NCBI RefSeq assembly: GCF_021730395.1
Contig: NC_069369.1
Coordinates: 29,869,250 to 29,933,249 of the forward strand
From: Mercenaria mercenaria
Lineage: Eukaryota
DNA length: 64,000 nucleotides
Direction of reading: 5' to 3'
Positions within the stretch are counted from its first letter, which is position 1. Every line of letters begins with the position of its first letter. The notes under the pieces were generated by a model. It did no database searches and was not told where the DNA came from. It saw only the letters and a list, made by a program, of their open reading frames with translations. The position numbers were made by a program, and so were the translations under genes. Shown here one piece after another: positions 1 to 11,541 of this stretch.

Positions 1-65
1 TTCAGTCGTTCAACAAAGGCACCATGTAGTTTGTTAGCGTGACTGGTTTCATCCATCATTGCATC
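1..65 (-). CDS. TEP1: Probable TEP1-like exon 25, partial and continuing beyond the window start (DAMMDETSHANKLHGAFVERL..)
   Basis: Acceptor ctacttttag| at 66-67 and an open frame to position 1. I cannot exclude an additional exon between 1615 and 65. Confidence 0.4.
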
Positions 66-1614
66 CTAAAAGTAGTTCATGACATAAATTTTTAACGAAA
101 ATAAAAATTTGACCAATATCCAATTCATTTCAGTATACAACACATACATTTAAATGGAATGAACCATCTTAATATGAGCAGGTTTTTTTAAATCCCTATT
201 TATTTTTTCAACACTGAAACTCCTTTTAAAATCAAACAATTAAGACAAAAGCAGACATCCCAACTTTTTCTGAATGCCAAGTGGGAGTTTTTGCTTTCCG
301 AAGTGGGAGATTGAGGTGTTCAAGTGGGAGATTTTATACCGCGGTAACTGTTCATGATAACGAAGCTTTTAACAAATCTAATGATAATATAAACTTATTT
401 GCCCTTATAAAATCACTAGTCTTAAAAAAATTCACTTGTCTATATCTTATTATTCGTGCATTTTTAATGTTTTGGAACAATAATACATGAAGCCTTCTGT
501 GCAAAATTAAATAGTTATGGCACTTTAAGCACTATGTCTAAATTCAAAACACCACTGAGAATTAAACCTGCACTTTTATTTCTTTTGTTGGAAAGAAGAC
601 TCCCCAGGTGAATTTTACATGACAAACAGTACAGCTGTTAGAACTGTAAAAACAAAATGTATATAGCTAAAAGAATAAAAGTTCAAGCAATAGAAAATTT
701 ACTGTTTGATTCTCATCCCTGTCAACCAGTATTTAAAACCCCTGGCTCAAATACTTTTATTGATCAAAATCCTGTTATCCAAAATTGAATGTCCGGGTAT
801 TGTTACACTTTCGTAGATTTGCCTAATCTCCAGTTAAAAGGATGTGTTTGACAAATTGTTATGATGCAAAGACAGTTTAACAGCATTTGATAGTAAGTGA
901 TATTACAATTTACCATGACATTTCCTCTTATCAAAATGATTTTAAGAGAAATGTTTTTTAAAACCTAGCAGCTAGGTTGACTTGGCGACCATCTACTTTC
1001 GATTTCAAAAAAGTACAGAAAAAGGTAAAGCCAGTATAATTTCTAATCTAAATTTGATTGAATTTAATTAGATATCTAATGTCTGGATTTTAATTTCAAC
1101 TGTGACACATTAATCAACACCTGGCTTTGTTAAATCGTGTAATAAACAATAATCAGCACGGGTAGAATAAGGTGCGAAAATATCTGAAAGCTGTTGTTTA
1201 CAGACTCGATACAGTATCAGATAGGCACAAAGAAGCGGATTATTTCATAATTTTTGTGTGTTTATGTTGTTTTGTTGTTTTTTTTTTTAATCGGGAGATT
1301 GAGACTTCTGATCGGGGTGATCGGGAGAAACCCGATCGGATTGGGAGAGTTGGGATGTCTGCAAAAGATGAGAAAATTCAAATCAGAAAATGACTAAAGA
1401 GAGGACAGCATATTTTTTTAATACTATTACACTCTTTAATCTATTATTTATTCATTCTGACAGAAAACAATATCTGTAATGTCTTGATTTTTAAATATAA
1501 TGCACAAGAGTCGATGAACGATTATTGGCTATAAACTTAAGATAATTTCTTAACAATGATTTTGTACATCAAAATGAGTCTACATGAAAGCATTTAAACC
1601 TGTAACCAATTTAC

Positions 1615-1735
1615 CTCATCAGGGTAGCATTTTTGAATACCATTCCAGAGGTTGTTCAATGCCCGTAGTCCGAACTGTTCCAGACCAGCAACAATAGGTT
1701 TACCATCCACAACACCACCCCAGTGACAGGGATAA
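1615..1735 (-). CDS. TEP1: TEP1-like exon 24 (NYPCHWGGVVDGKPIVAGLEQFGLRALNNLWNGIQKCYPDE)
   Basis: Acceptor ..atgttcttcag| and donor GATGAG|gtaaat. 1+40 codons. Confidence 0.65.
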
Positions 1736-1782
1736 CTGAAGAACATATTTCAGATACTTTTAACAGGTCTAAAATAAAACTG

Positions 1783-1936
1783 ATGCTAAATTTCTGTAAT
1801 GAACTTGTCCATCTTTCAATTTGGACAGTACCATTAACTGTTAAAAGGGGTGCTTACCAAAAAGATACTGACTGAATGGCGAACAGTGCAGATCATGATC
1901 AGACTGCACGGACGTGTCCAACATGTTAAGGTTTAA
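1783..1936 (+). mobile_element. Family A MITE copy with internal deletion (lacks the second palindrome arm)
   Basis: Shares gctaaatttctgtaatgaacttgtccatctttcaatttggacagtaccattaactgttaaaagg... with the other copies. Confidence 0.7.
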
Positions 1937-2143
1937 CATTTTCTGTAGATATCTCTTGTAAAAAACCAAAAACAATTGTGTATTAACAATCACAAAAGAA
2001 GGACATTATTAAGTAAGGAAAATTCTGTACTATTTGCTGATCTTTCTGAACAAGTGCTACAGCTCTCCATTATGTCTTGAAATTGTTTGTTGGACTACAC
2101 TGTTGATAAGCTCAAATTCAAGGCAAGTTTAAACGTAACATAC

Positions 2144-2257
2144 TTGTCAAAAACTTCAAGGCCACTAACGCGTATCCTGCGCTTCAACGCATCCATCTTT
2201 TCTTTATTTCTGTCACTTTCACACTCAAAGTCTTCACGGTATTTCTTTGGAATATCA
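2144..2257 (-). CDS. TEP1: TEP1-like exon 23 (SDIPKKYREDFECESDRNKEKMDALKRRIRVSGLEVFD)
   Basis: Acceptor ttacattctag| and donor TTTGACAA|gtatgt. 1+37 codons+2. Confidence 0.65.
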
Positions 2258-2825
2258 CTAGAATGTAAACATTTAAAACACTGTTAAATTATCTGTAAAA
2301 TTCACAGTCTATCTAGAAAGCCATTTCTCTAACATGAATTTTAACTATATACAGTCATTAATACTACAGAACAGTTTAACTTCTCACAAAAACGAATTTT
2401 TCAGTAAGTATAAACGATCCGCTGTTGAAAAACATAGGACTTGCAATGAAAAATTACAAAATTTAGGTCAATTAGCTCTTTTTTAATTGTGACCATAAGA
2501 AGCTGTTTTGGCAAAATCCACTAAATTTTGCGCCAAATTTTTTTAATAATTTCCCAGTAAACCTTTCATTTTCAATCACATATGATCCAAAGTATGACAA
2601 TTTAACAGCTCCATCAAGAAAAAAAAAATGTCACTTATTTCTAAGAAATTTTGAAGGGAGATTTAATAAAGTCAATTACAATTTTGTCACGACAGTGAAT
2701 TCTCATTTCACATCAATACTTTCTTTTCAGGCAAACTTTTCTTTTGTCATTCATGTAAATTTCAAGCTTTTTTTACTACTGAGCAAAATTACATAGTATG
2801 TATAAATAATATCTCCATCACAAAC

Positions 2826-3074
2826 CTTTCAAATGAATTGTCCCTGAACATGAAAAATGCCTTGTCCCTCATATCAGTTTTGTCTTTATGTCCGAGCGCT
2901 GCTGCCTGTATTTCAAGTTCTGTGACAGAAGCTCCTAGCGGATACTCCTTCACCCATTTGAACTCTGGAGTGTCTGGAACATCGTATTTATCTGGAACCC
3001 AGCCATACCGTTCTCCAAGAATTCCGACAAAGAACTGACATCTTGAAACTTCCGACAAGCACAACTCAAGAGTC
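2826..3074 (-). CDS. TEP1: TEP1-like exon 22, C-terminal half of DUF4062 (RTLELCLSEVSRCQFFVGILGERYGWVPDKYDVPDTPEFKWVKEYPLGASVTELEIQAAALGHKDKTDMRDKAFFMFRDNSFE)
   Basis: Acceptor ttctaaatttcag| and donor TTTGAAAG|gtttgt. Corresponds to ORF 2789..3109. LCL.E..RC..F.G.LG.RYGW is the DUF4062 signature. Confidence 0.8.
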
Positions 3075-3171
3075 CTGAAATTTAGAATAAATGTTACCAC
3101 TGTTTTCATTTTTTTTCACTGAAATCTGTATTTCATTTATTTTTACTGTAAAATTTAGAAAAACCAAGCTT

Positions 3172-3383
3172 GAACCCTTACACTGCTAAATTTCTATAAT
3201 GAACTTGTCCACCTTTCAATTTGTGCAGCATTATTAACTGTTGAAAGGGGCAATTACCAAAAAGATACTGACTGAATGGTGAACAGTGCAGATCATGATC
3301 AGACTGCATGGATGTGCAGGCTGATCATGATCTACACTGGTCGCAAAGGCAGACTCAGTCGTGTCCAACATGATAAAGGTTAA
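3172..3383 (+). mobile_element. Family A MITE copy, full length, in the TEP1 intron between the two DUF4062 exons
   Basis: More than 85% identical by eye to the 6851 copy. The ends are slightly mutated (tgaa|CCCTTAC...AAAGG|ttaa). Confidence 0.8.
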
Positions 3384-3632
3384 TGTATTTACACTGGCAT
3401 TTATATCATTACTGCAAGATATCAAACACACGAAATCTAATGTATCATCTCTATGGGATATGGAAATTATTTAGTTTAACAAATTTCAGGTCTTCATCCC
3501 AAAATTACTGGCCACTCTGCCAGGAGATCCTTTGATCAAATCCCACCCAGTCATGAACACGATCCTTTATTTGACAAAAGAACCTGCTTTACCCAGGAAG
3601 CATATTCAACAGTTCAACAATTCATAATTGAA

Positions 3633-3852
3633 CCACACCATGAGAAAACCAACAATTAGTGCATTTGCAACCAACATGGATCCAGACCATCCGTGCGGTC
3701 TGGTCAGGATCCATGCTGTTTGCTTTCAAAGCCAATTCAATTAGAGAAACCATTAGCAAACAGCATGGATCCTGACCAGAATGCGCGGATGCGCAGGCTG
3801 CTCTGGATCCATGCTGGTCCCAATGCACTATGTTGGTTTTCTCATGGTGCAG
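3633..3852. mobile_element. Family B hairpin MITE (about 220 bp): 23-bp terminal inverted repeats CCACACCATGAGAAAACCAACAA plus a central 50-bp palindrome ATGGATCCAGACCAG..CTGGTCAGGATCCAT
   Basis: Nearly the whole element is self-complementary. ORF 3622..3828 is an artefact. Confidence 0.75.
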
Positions 3853-3970
3853 CTCATTAATATAAGATTCGTATTTTGAATGAAATTAATTGGCACAATT
3901 TAATTTAATTCAATGGAAGGTGAGTCAACATTGCAGAAAACACAAAAAAGATATTACAATTCTATTATAC

Positions 3971-4147
3971 CTTGACTGTTTTGTCTCCTCCTCTGTGACT
4001 CCCCATCTCAAATCCACCTCATACACATTGATAAAATGTTTTTTTCCAAGGGCACGTAACTCTGGGAACACATATCGTGTCAGGAGATCTCTTTCCCCGT
4101 GCATGTCGCGGAATGTTGATGAAATAAAAACTCTGGCAGTTCTCCAG
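3971..4147 (-). CDS. TEP1: TEP1-like exon 21, N-terminal half of DUF4062 ([59 protein letters not shown])
   Basis: Acceptor tatttattaccag| and donor GTCAAG|gtataa. 1+58 codons+2. Motifs [12 protein letters not shown] and DLRWGVT are characteristic of DUF4062 (from memory). Confidence 0.8.
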
Positions 4148-4299
4148 CTGGTAATAAATAATTACAACACTTTATACATTAACTGTGAAAAAATCGGAAA
4201 TATTTAGGACAGCTATCAATCCACAAAACTAAATGCAGCCTACAAGCACAATTAACTCTTATTTTATCTTCTCTTTTGTTTTTGCATGGTTCAGAAATA

Positions 4300-4545
4300 A
4301 TTTAGGTCATATGGTGACTTGTCCTGCTTTTGAAAGTGGAGGAAGACACCAGGTGCCCCTTTAAGCACTGTTTTGGGCATGGACTACCAACTAGGTAGAA
4401 TCACCAACCTTTCGTAAGCATGCTGGATGTCTTCTTTACATGAAGATTTCTACATCCCTAAGTGAGGTTTTGAACCCACACTGATACGGGTCAAGTGATT
4501 CCAAGTCAGCAATCTTAACACTTCACTATAAAGGGTCCTTCTTAA
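4300..4545 (+). mobile_element. SINE-like module C with a box-B-like GGTT(T/C)TGAACCCACA motif
   Basis: Shared blocks ..ggtagaa.cac..c.ttc..aagc..gctgg.tg..ttct...c..aag.gaggttytgaacccaca.tg.ta...gtcaagtga.t with 5855-5965 and 13995-14170. Confidence 0.5.
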
Positions 4546-4610
4546 AATTGCAAAGTTTTACCTAAAAGTTTTTTTAAACTAGAGCTATCACTGAAGGTGA
4601 TGAATGTACC

Positions 4611-5140
4611 CCCCGCATGCACTGACACAGTACATAGCAATTTGATCATTGCAATTTGATGCACACAAGACTGCATAATTATGTGGACTGTAAGTATAAA
4701 GACTCTATGTATATAGTATAGTAACAAAAATCAAAGTCCCGTAACTCTGCAATTTTTTTTTTCTGAAAGAACCTAACATGCACCATGCACAACTACTGTT
4801 GTTACTGAACTTCTGTGTGAAGTTTCATTAAATTGTGTCAAGGGGATGAGGAGAGTTGGTGCGCACAAGATTGTGTCTATGTATATAGTATAGTAACAAA
4901 AAACAAAGTCCCATAACTCTGCAAAAAAAATTTCTGAAAGAACCTAACATGCATCAAGCACAACTACTGTTGTTACTGACCACTTTTGTGAAGTTTCATT
5001 AAATTGTGTAAAGGGGATGAGGAGAGTTGGTGCGCACAAGATTGTGTCTACGGACAGACGGATGGACAGACAGACAACCTGAAACCAGTATACCCCTCTT
5101 ACAACTTTGTTGTCGGGGGGTACAAAAAATGAGTGCACTG
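4611..5140. mobile_element. MITE-like element with inverted repeats TGTACCCCCCG / CGGGGGGTACA enclosing a tandem duplication of about 180 bp (4700-4880, 4880-5060) and a (GACAGACG)n tract
   Basis: Inverted termini and duplicated block tatgtatatagtatagtaacaaaaa.caaagtccc.taactctgcaa..ttctgaaagaacctaacatgca. Confidence 0.5.
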
Positions 5141-5476
5141 ACATCTTCCACTCCTGTTTCAATTCAGTATCATGTCAGAAAGCATCAGTATATTCTGTAA
5201 AATCACTTCATCTTGTGATAAAATTTTGTGGTTTCAGCAAAATAAACTAGTTCATTGGGACATAAATTAGCGGATTTTAAATTTTTAAGATGAAAAAAAA
5301 AGGGTATTAATTCATCCTTAACAACAGTCACACATGATTCAAAACTAAGCAGTCTCTAGCCTTTAACTTTAGAAAAAGAAGAAATCAGTTAGACAGAATT
5401 TGAACTTGTATAACATATGCCCTAAATATAAGAAGGTGGAACAAAGAAGAGTCTACTGAAATTGTGACTAGCATAC

Positions 5477-5635
5477 CTTGGTGTTTGTGATGCTATCTGT
5501 AATGGTTTCTCTATATCAAGTTTAGGTGGAGCTGGCTTCTCCCCAGGAGCAGACGGCAGAGGTTTCAAATTGAAAGCCTCATCAATCTTCTCTATATGTC
5601 GAAGCTGACCACCTTCTCCTCTCTCGGCGATAAAT
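5477..5635 (-). CDS. TEP1: TEP1-like exon 20 (RFIAERGEGGQLRHIEKIDEAFNLKPLPSAPGEKPAPPKLDIEKPLQIASQTP)
   Basis: Acceptor ttgttttccag| and donor CACCAAG|gtatgc. 1+52 codons+2. Corresponds to ORF 5422..5646. Confidence 0.65.
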
Positions 5636-5679
5636 CTGGAAAACAATATTGTGGAAAAGTGAAATAATTGCTATAATTG

Positions 5680-5850
5680 AGCCGCACCATGAGAAAACCA
5701 ACATAGTGCATTTGCAACCAGCATGGATCCAGACCAGCTTGCGCATCCACGCAGTCTGGTCAGGATCCATACTGTTTGCTTTAAAATCCTATTGCAATTG
5801 AAGAAACCGTTAGCGAACAGTATGGAATCTGACCAGACTGCGTGAATGGT
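5680..5850. mobile_element. Family B MITE, 3'-truncated, immediately followed by the SINE-like module C
   Basis: gagccgcaccatgagaaaaccaacatagtgcatttgcaaccagcatggatccagaccag... matches the 3633 copy. Confidence 0.7.
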
Positions 5851-5854
5851 ATTA

Positions 5855-5965
5855 TCTCAGGCTTGAGTAGACTGCTGGGAAGAATCCGACATTTTTTAGA
5901 CAAACTGGATGGCTTCCCAGCATGATGACCTGAGTTAGGCTTGAGCCCATAGTGGTAAAGGACAG
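5855..5965 (+). mobile_element. Module C partial copy
   Basis: ggcttcccagcatgatgacctgagttaggcttgagcccatagtggtaaagg resembles the 14060-14160 block. Confidence 0.4.
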
Positions 5966-6341
5966 ATGATTAGAAGTAAGCTACCTTAAACTATCAGCAT
6001 CCTGGCTTATCTATAACACTGATACAAGGAATTGAAAAACAAAACATGTTTTTTTTTTAACTTTTAAAGCATATTATAAAATCTTCTAAGACACCATCAT
6101 ATTATATACTCTATTAATAGTCACACCCACACTTAACAACTTTCTCAAATATATTTTGCTGCATTTTTCAAAATTAACAAACACCTATAAATGTATTTTA
6201 TGATTCTACAAGACTCAAGAATACAAATTTCAAGTGTTCAAATAATTTTGACACGTAAGTACTCATTGCAATCATATCTTGCATTTTACATACAGGTTAA
6301 AAACAATATTCCACACTACAGCGAAAGTACAGAAACTTTAC

Positions 6342-6413
6342 CTGAGAATCTGGTCACTAAATCCAGAGATGTATATATCATTGTCATGTTCAGGCTTTAT
6401 ATCTGTCGCAAAT
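6342..6413 (-). CDS. TEP1: TEP1-like exon 19 (FATDIKPEHDNDIYISGFSDQIL)
   Basis: Acceptor ttcctgtttcag| and donor TTCTCAG|gtaaag. 1+23 codons+2. Confidence 0.6.
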
Positions 6414-6850
6414 CTGAAACAGGAATATAGCGAGTCAATATAAACTAGCTGATCATATCGGGTGGGGAAATCTTTCTATTCATCCAAAAATACTCAGAAT
6501 TGCCAAAAGAATGAAATGCAATTTATTTGCTTATCTAAGATCAATTTTCAATATACATTTTTTTTTTCATCAGTAGAAAGTAACAGTAGTGGTTCAATTA
6601 TTAATCTACCAGAAAACGTTTGTTTCCTAATCAAACAACGAGTACAAACCCCAAGAAAACAAGAAATCTGTAAACACTATACAGAATAAAATTTTCAGAT
6701 GTCTTCTGTTCCCCTAAATTTGATGTCCTTTCAAAAACCTCTGACTAACATATCACTGTTGTAGAATATTTTAGAAACTGACACAAAGACATGAAGGATA
6801 AAGGTAAATGAAACTTAGACAAATAATCCTCCAGCAAATGATACACGAAT

Positions 6851-7063
6851 TTAACCCTAACAATGCTAAATTTCTATAATAAACTGGACCATCTTTCAAT
6901 TCAGACAGTACCATTAGCTGTTAAAAGAGGTGCTTACCAAAAAGATACTGACTGAATGGCGAACAGTGCAGATCCTGATCAGACTGCATGGATGTGCAGG
7001 CTGATCATGATCTGCACTGGTCGCAAAGGCAGAATCAATCATGTCCAGCATGATAAGGGTTAA
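6851..7063 (+). mobile_element. piggyBac-type MITE (family A, about 213 bp), full-length copy: TTAA|CCCTAACA..internal 50-bp palindrome CAGATCATGATCAGACTGCATG/CATGCAGGCTGATCATGATCTG..ATAAGGG|TTAA
   Basis: Terminal inverted repeats CCCTTACC..GGTAAGGG flanked by TTAA on both sides. Multiple copies in both orientations. The embedded ORF 6914..7111 is an artefact. Confidence 0.8.
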
Positions 7064-7145
7064 AGGCCACAGGTTAGCTGAACTTACCCACAGGACTTTA
7101 ATCATATACACAATGACATAAAGGTCAAAGGTTAAATGAACTTAC

Positions 7146-7288
7146 CCGCATGACCTTCCAGCAAATGACACATTGACATAAAGAAGGTCAGGGTTCACAA
7201 GCCGTCTGTATATTTCCAGGTAAGAATTCAACACATATCTTTGAGCATACTGGTCACCTCCTCCAGTCAACAGCAGCAGGTTGTCAAT
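7146..7288 (-). CDS. TEP1: TEP1-like exon 18 (IDNLLLLTGGGDQYAQRYVLNSYLEIYRRLVNPDLLYVNVSFAGRSC). An alternative in-frame weak donor 9 nt upstream would end the exon at 7155
   Basis: Acceptor ctatatgtag| and donor TGCGG|gtaagt. 47 codons+2. Both candidate donors keep the frame. Confidence 0.55.
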
Positions 7289-7758
7289 CTACATATAGAT
7301 ATAATAAAAATACAAGCTGTTTTAATGTAAACCTGTGTAACACAACCTTAAATAAAGATTACAAAAATGGCACAGTTTTAAAATCATATACCCAAATACC
7401 ATTAAACCTCTTAGCAACAAAAAGTTGTATATTTATATAAATGTTTTGCTCTGTTAAGTTGAATTCCTACGTAAAATGAATTTTTTACTGAGCTATTGTT
7501 GTCTTTGTGTGGAAACCTTATCATATTTCTCCAGTTAAGTGTTCTGAAAGAAGTTTTTCCCCCCGATACTCTAATTTGCGTGTCACACTTTTTTTTGCCT
7601 CTCTCTCCTGCGTGAGCAGCAGGGAAGGTTGCTGACAGCCTTGTATCAAATTACAGAAACAAAGCCATTAAAAGTATTGTAATATACAGTATCCTCTCTA
7701 ATATTCGCATTTGTAGAAAAACCAGTCACTTAAATTCACAAAACCTTGATTAACCTAC

Positions 7759-7839
7759 CTGTACCCTGTCTCTAAGGTTGTCATACAGCACTGACATTGG
7801 CAGATCTGCTTGCAATTTGGTATAGCGGGCTTTTGGGTC
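7759..7839 (-). CDS. TEP1: TEP1-like exon 17 (DPKARYTKLQADLPMSVLYDNLRDRVQ)
   Basis: Acceptor tgtttcag| and donor GTACAG|gtaggt. 27 codons. Confidence 0.6.
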
Positions 7840-8226
7840 CTGAAACACAAGTGTTCATTTCATTGACTTTCTACGTGTACTGTCAAACTTTGTCTAAAAT
7901 GACTTGTAACCTGCTGAAGATAGTTCTGACTTATTTCTGTTAACACTGTTTGATGAAATAACAAACTGTAAGAAAATCATTTAACTAACAACAAAGGACT
8001 TTTAAATTAATAAATCCTATTCTCCTGTGTATAATAGAGTTTTTATCTCCATTTTCTTTAAAATCTCCCTCACACACTTTGTATCATACGGTTTTTATCT
8101 GCATCTAAATAATCATTCTAATGCTTTGTCTTGCAAATCCTCGTCCAATACTTTACTTAAGAAATCAGCCTCTCATTATATATCTCTTTCAAATATATAC
8201 CGTATCAGAAATCTTCAATACTTTAC

Positions 8227-8340
8227 CTCTGAAATGTCCTTCTCCAAAACTGTAGCCATATTTTCTAGGATGGTTCCACTCTCAAGTTGTACAGTACAGT
8301 ACATAGAGGTGGAGCTGTCAAAAATCACCATGGTACAATC
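8227..8340 (-). CDS. TEP1: TEP1-like exon 16 with MIDAS-like DxSxS motif (DCTMVIFDSSTSMYCTVQLESGTILENMATVLEKDISE)
   Basis: Weak acceptor ..aatactcctgcgag| and donor TTCAGAG|gtaaag. 38 codons, phase 0/0. Confidence 0.55.
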
Positions 8341-8413
8341 CTCGCAGGAGTATTTACACATCAGTCCAAGTAAAACACTCACTTCTTGCATCTATACCAA
8401 ACAGACAAAAGAT

Positions 8414-8510
8414 AAACCCTTACCCTGCTAAATTTCTATAATGAACTTGTCCATCTTTCAATTTGGACAGTACCATTAACTGTTAAAAGATGTGCATACC
8501 AAAAAGATAT
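8414..8510 (+). mobile_element. Family A MITE, 5' fragment; part of a tandem segmental duplication of about 150 bp (8345-8500 repeated at 8500-8650)
   Basis: Repeated block catcagtccaagtaaaacactcacttcttgcatctataccaaacagacaaaagataaaccc + MITE head. Confidence 0.7.
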
Positions 8511-8563
8511 CAATCCAAGTAAAACACTCACTTCTTGCATCTATACCAAACAGACAAAAGATA

Positions 8564-8802
8564 AACCCTTACCCTGCTAAATTTCTATAATGAACTTGTC
8601 CATCTTTCAATTTGGATAGTACCATTAACTGTTAAAATGGGTGCATACCAAAAAGATACTAACTGAATGGCAAACAGTGCAGATCATGATCAGACTGCAT
8701 GGATGTACAGGCTGATCATGATCTACACTGATGTGCAGGCTGATCATGATCTACATTGGTCGCAAAGGCAGAATCAATCTTGTCCAGCATGATAAGGGTT
8801 AA
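8564..8802 (+). mobile_element. Family A MITE copy with an internal duplication of the second palindrome arm
   Basis: Ends aaaccCTTACCCTGC...GATAAGGG|ttaa. gctgatcatgatctaca occurs twice (8708, 8736). Confidence 0.8.
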
Positions 8803-8924
8803 CTGACAACTTCTACATATGAAGCATAGAGCAGACTGAAGTGGAGTTCAAATACTGTCTTCTACAGCATAGTGCCTACTCTAAAATAATCCTTACGAAC
8901 ATTGCCTGGTAAGAAGCAACTAAC

Positions 8925-9105
8925 CGTTCTAGGTTTTCCAAGACCTCTGGCTGCTGTACATGGTATCTTCATGTTAGGACCCACATCACACAGAATAATT
9001 GTCCGTCCTCTGATTGGCTGAACATTGTACACTGTTGCTAGTTTCACTGCAGTGTCCAGGGCCTTACGGTAACGATTTATTAAGTTTGAATCAAAAGGTG
9101 TCTCC
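8925..9105 (-). CDS. TEP1: TEP1-like exon 15, vWA-like part of TROVE (KETPFDSNLINRYRKALDTAVKLATVYNVQPIRGRTIILCDVGPNMKIPCTAARGLGKPRT)
   Basis: Acceptor tatttttccag| and donor AGAACG|gttagt. 1+60 codons. Corresponds to ORF 8862..9047. Confidence 0.7.
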
Positions 9106-9618
9106 CTGGAAAAATATGTCTATAGTTTAATTCACAGAGATTAAGTGTTACTTAAATAAATTCTTCAAAGGAAAAAGAATAAGTAAAAGCCATATATCAA
9201 TAAAGTATTCTACTTGATACTTGTTCAACTGAATATTAATCTTATTTTAGGCAAAAAATCTTTATGAAACATTTCAAAAAATGAAAAGTGAAACCATATG
9301 TAATAAAAAAAGTTTAAAAGCGTCAGTGCTAAGATTGGGCCCCGATGTAAGAGAAAATAGCGGTTAATGAGTTTTAAAATCCAAATAATGTCCTTTTAAC
9401 ATAAAGCGGAAAAACAGTGTTTTTGGTTTTCAAAAATTACCAATGTCAAGAATATTAACAAGAAGTATCTTTAAAAATGTTACACAGCCGCATAAGTCAA
9501 TGCACACTTTGCACTTGTACGTACGATCGGGTATTTATATTTTCATGTTTTTTATGTAGAACATATTTTACAGAACACATATTTTACATCATAATTATGT
9601 TGACCATTGTCTAGGAAA

Positions 9619-9648
9619 CTTTGACAAAAAAAAAAAAAAAAAAAAAAA
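9619..9648. repeat. Poly(A) tract of about 28 nt, followed by a (AAAGTGGGAGGGAG)x2 repeat
   Basis: Read directly in the sequence. Confidence 0.9.
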
Positions 9649-9730
9649 AGACTAAAAAGGAGGGTCCAAAAAGTGGGAGGGAGAGGCCAAAAAGTGGGAG
9701 GGAGTGGGGGGATGAAATGACCATTTTTGC

Positions 9731-11295
9731 TGAATAATCTCTCTACCATATCACTTCTGAATAATATCTCTACCAATCCCCTGCTACCATATCACTGTTG
9801 AATAATCCCTCTACCATAACACTGCTGAATAATTTCTCTACTATATCACTGTTGAATAATCCCTCTACCATATCACTGCTGAATAATCCCTCTAATATAT
9901 CACCGCTGAATAATCTCTCTACCATATCACTGCTGAATAATCCCTCTACTATATCACTGTTGAATAATCTCTCTACCATAACACTGCTGAATAATTTCTC
10001 TACTATATCACTGTTGAATAATCCCTCTACTATATCACTGTTGAATAATCTCTCTACCATATCACTGCTGAATAATTTTTCTACCATATCACTGCTGAAT
10101 AATCCCTCTACCATATCACTGCTGAATAATTTCTCTACTATATCACTGTTGAATAATCCCTCTACCATATCACTGCTGAATAATCCCTCTACTATATCAC
10201 CGCTGAATAATCTCTCTACCATATCACTGCTGAATAATCCCTCTACTATATCACTGTTGAATAATCTCTCTACCATAACACTGCTGAATAATTTCTCTAC
10301 TATATCACTGTTGAATAATCCCTCTACTATATCATTGTTGAATAATCTCTCTACCATATCACTGCTGAATAATTTCTCTACCATATCACTGCTGAATAAT
10401 CCCTCTACCATATCACTGCTGAATAATCCCTCTACTATATCACCGCTGAATAATCTCTCTACCATATCACTGTTGAATAATCCCTCTACTATATCACTGC
10501 TGAATAATCCCTCTACTATATCACTGTTGAATAATTTCTCTACTATATCACTGTTGAATAATCTCTCTACCATATCACTGTTGAATAATATCTCTACCAT
10601 ATCACTGCTGAATAATCCCTCTACTATATCACTGTTGAATAATCCCTCTACCTTATCACTGTTGAATAATCTCTCTACCATATCACTGCTGAACAATCTC
10701 TCTACCATATCACTGTTGAATAATCCCTCTACCATATCACTGTTGAATAATCCCTCTACTATATCACTGTTGAATAATCCCTCTACCTTATCACTGTTGA
10801 ATAATCTCTCTACCATATCACTGCTGAACAATCTCTCTGCCATATCACTGTTGAATAATCCCTCTACTATACCACTGCTGAATAATATCTCTACCATATC
10901 ACTGCTGAATAGTCCCTCTACCATATCACTGTTGAATAATCCCTCTACCATATCACTGCTGAATAATCTCTTTACCATATCACACTGTTGAATAATCCCT
11001 CTACCTTATCACTGCTGAATAATTCCTCTACCATATCTCTTCTGAATAGTCCCTCTACCATATCACTGTTGAATAATTCCCCTACCATACAACTGCTGAA
11101 TAGTCCCTCTACCATATCACTGTTGAATAATCCCCCTACCATACAACTGCTGAATAGTCCCTCTACCATATCACTGTTGAATAATCCCCCTACCATACAA
11201 CTGCTGAATAGTCCCTCTACCATATCACTGTTGAATAACCCCCCTACCATATAACTGCTGAATAGTCCCTCTACCTTATCGTTGCTAAACAACCC
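9731..11295. repeat. Intronic minisatellite, about 58 copies of a 27-bp unit (CTCTACCATATCACTGCTGAATAATCC with variants ttg/ctg and ccctct/ctctct/ttctct); distal part organised as 54-bp higher-order units
   Basis: Perfect 27-nt periodicity read directly in the sequence. It produces stop-free ORFs on both strands (9770..10978 minus, 9798..10991 plus) translating as NNPSTISLL and SDMVEGLFN repeats. Confidence 0.95.
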
Positions 11296-11363
11296 CTTTG
11301 ACATTTTGTCACAAGATGACTAATTAAAACACAAAACAATGACAATGTATAAATTTTACTCAC

Positions 11364-11541
11364 TTTGGTTTCTTATTCTTGTCCATTTTTCTTTGCTTTT
11401 TAATGATCCACCAGTTTTCTGCTGTCAATTTTTCAGTAGTCTTTCCTCCTGCTCCACCCCTACCTCTACCACGCCCTCTGCCAGTAGCTCCACCTCTAGG
11501 AGCACTTGTCTCTCTCACCGCCTCATCTACAATAGCTGCCT
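11364..11541 (-). CDS. TEP1: TEP1-like exon 14 with a second RG-rich low-complexity insert (QAAIVDEAVRETSAPRGGATGRGRGRGRGGAGGKTTEKLTAENWWIIKKQRKMDKNKKP)
   Basis: Acceptor ttttttttttacag| and donor CCAAA|gtgagt. The donor lies before the in-frame TGA that terminates ORF 11360..11743. 2+58 codons+2, in frame with both flanking exons. Confidence 0.65.

Noticed and set aside
2087-2287. Plus-strand ORF 2087..2287
   Set aside because: It is antisense to a well-supported TEP1 exon (2144-2257, minus), which has splice sites and frame continuity. The plus frame has none.
9770-10991. Two about 400-aa ORFs (9770..10978 minus: SDMVEGLFN repeats; 9798..10991 plus: NNPSTISLL repeats), plus 10972..11304 and 10988..11254
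   Set aside because: They are generated purely by a 27-bp (3n) minisatellite with no stop in one frame per strand. They have no start context and no splice signals, and lie inside a TEP1 intron.
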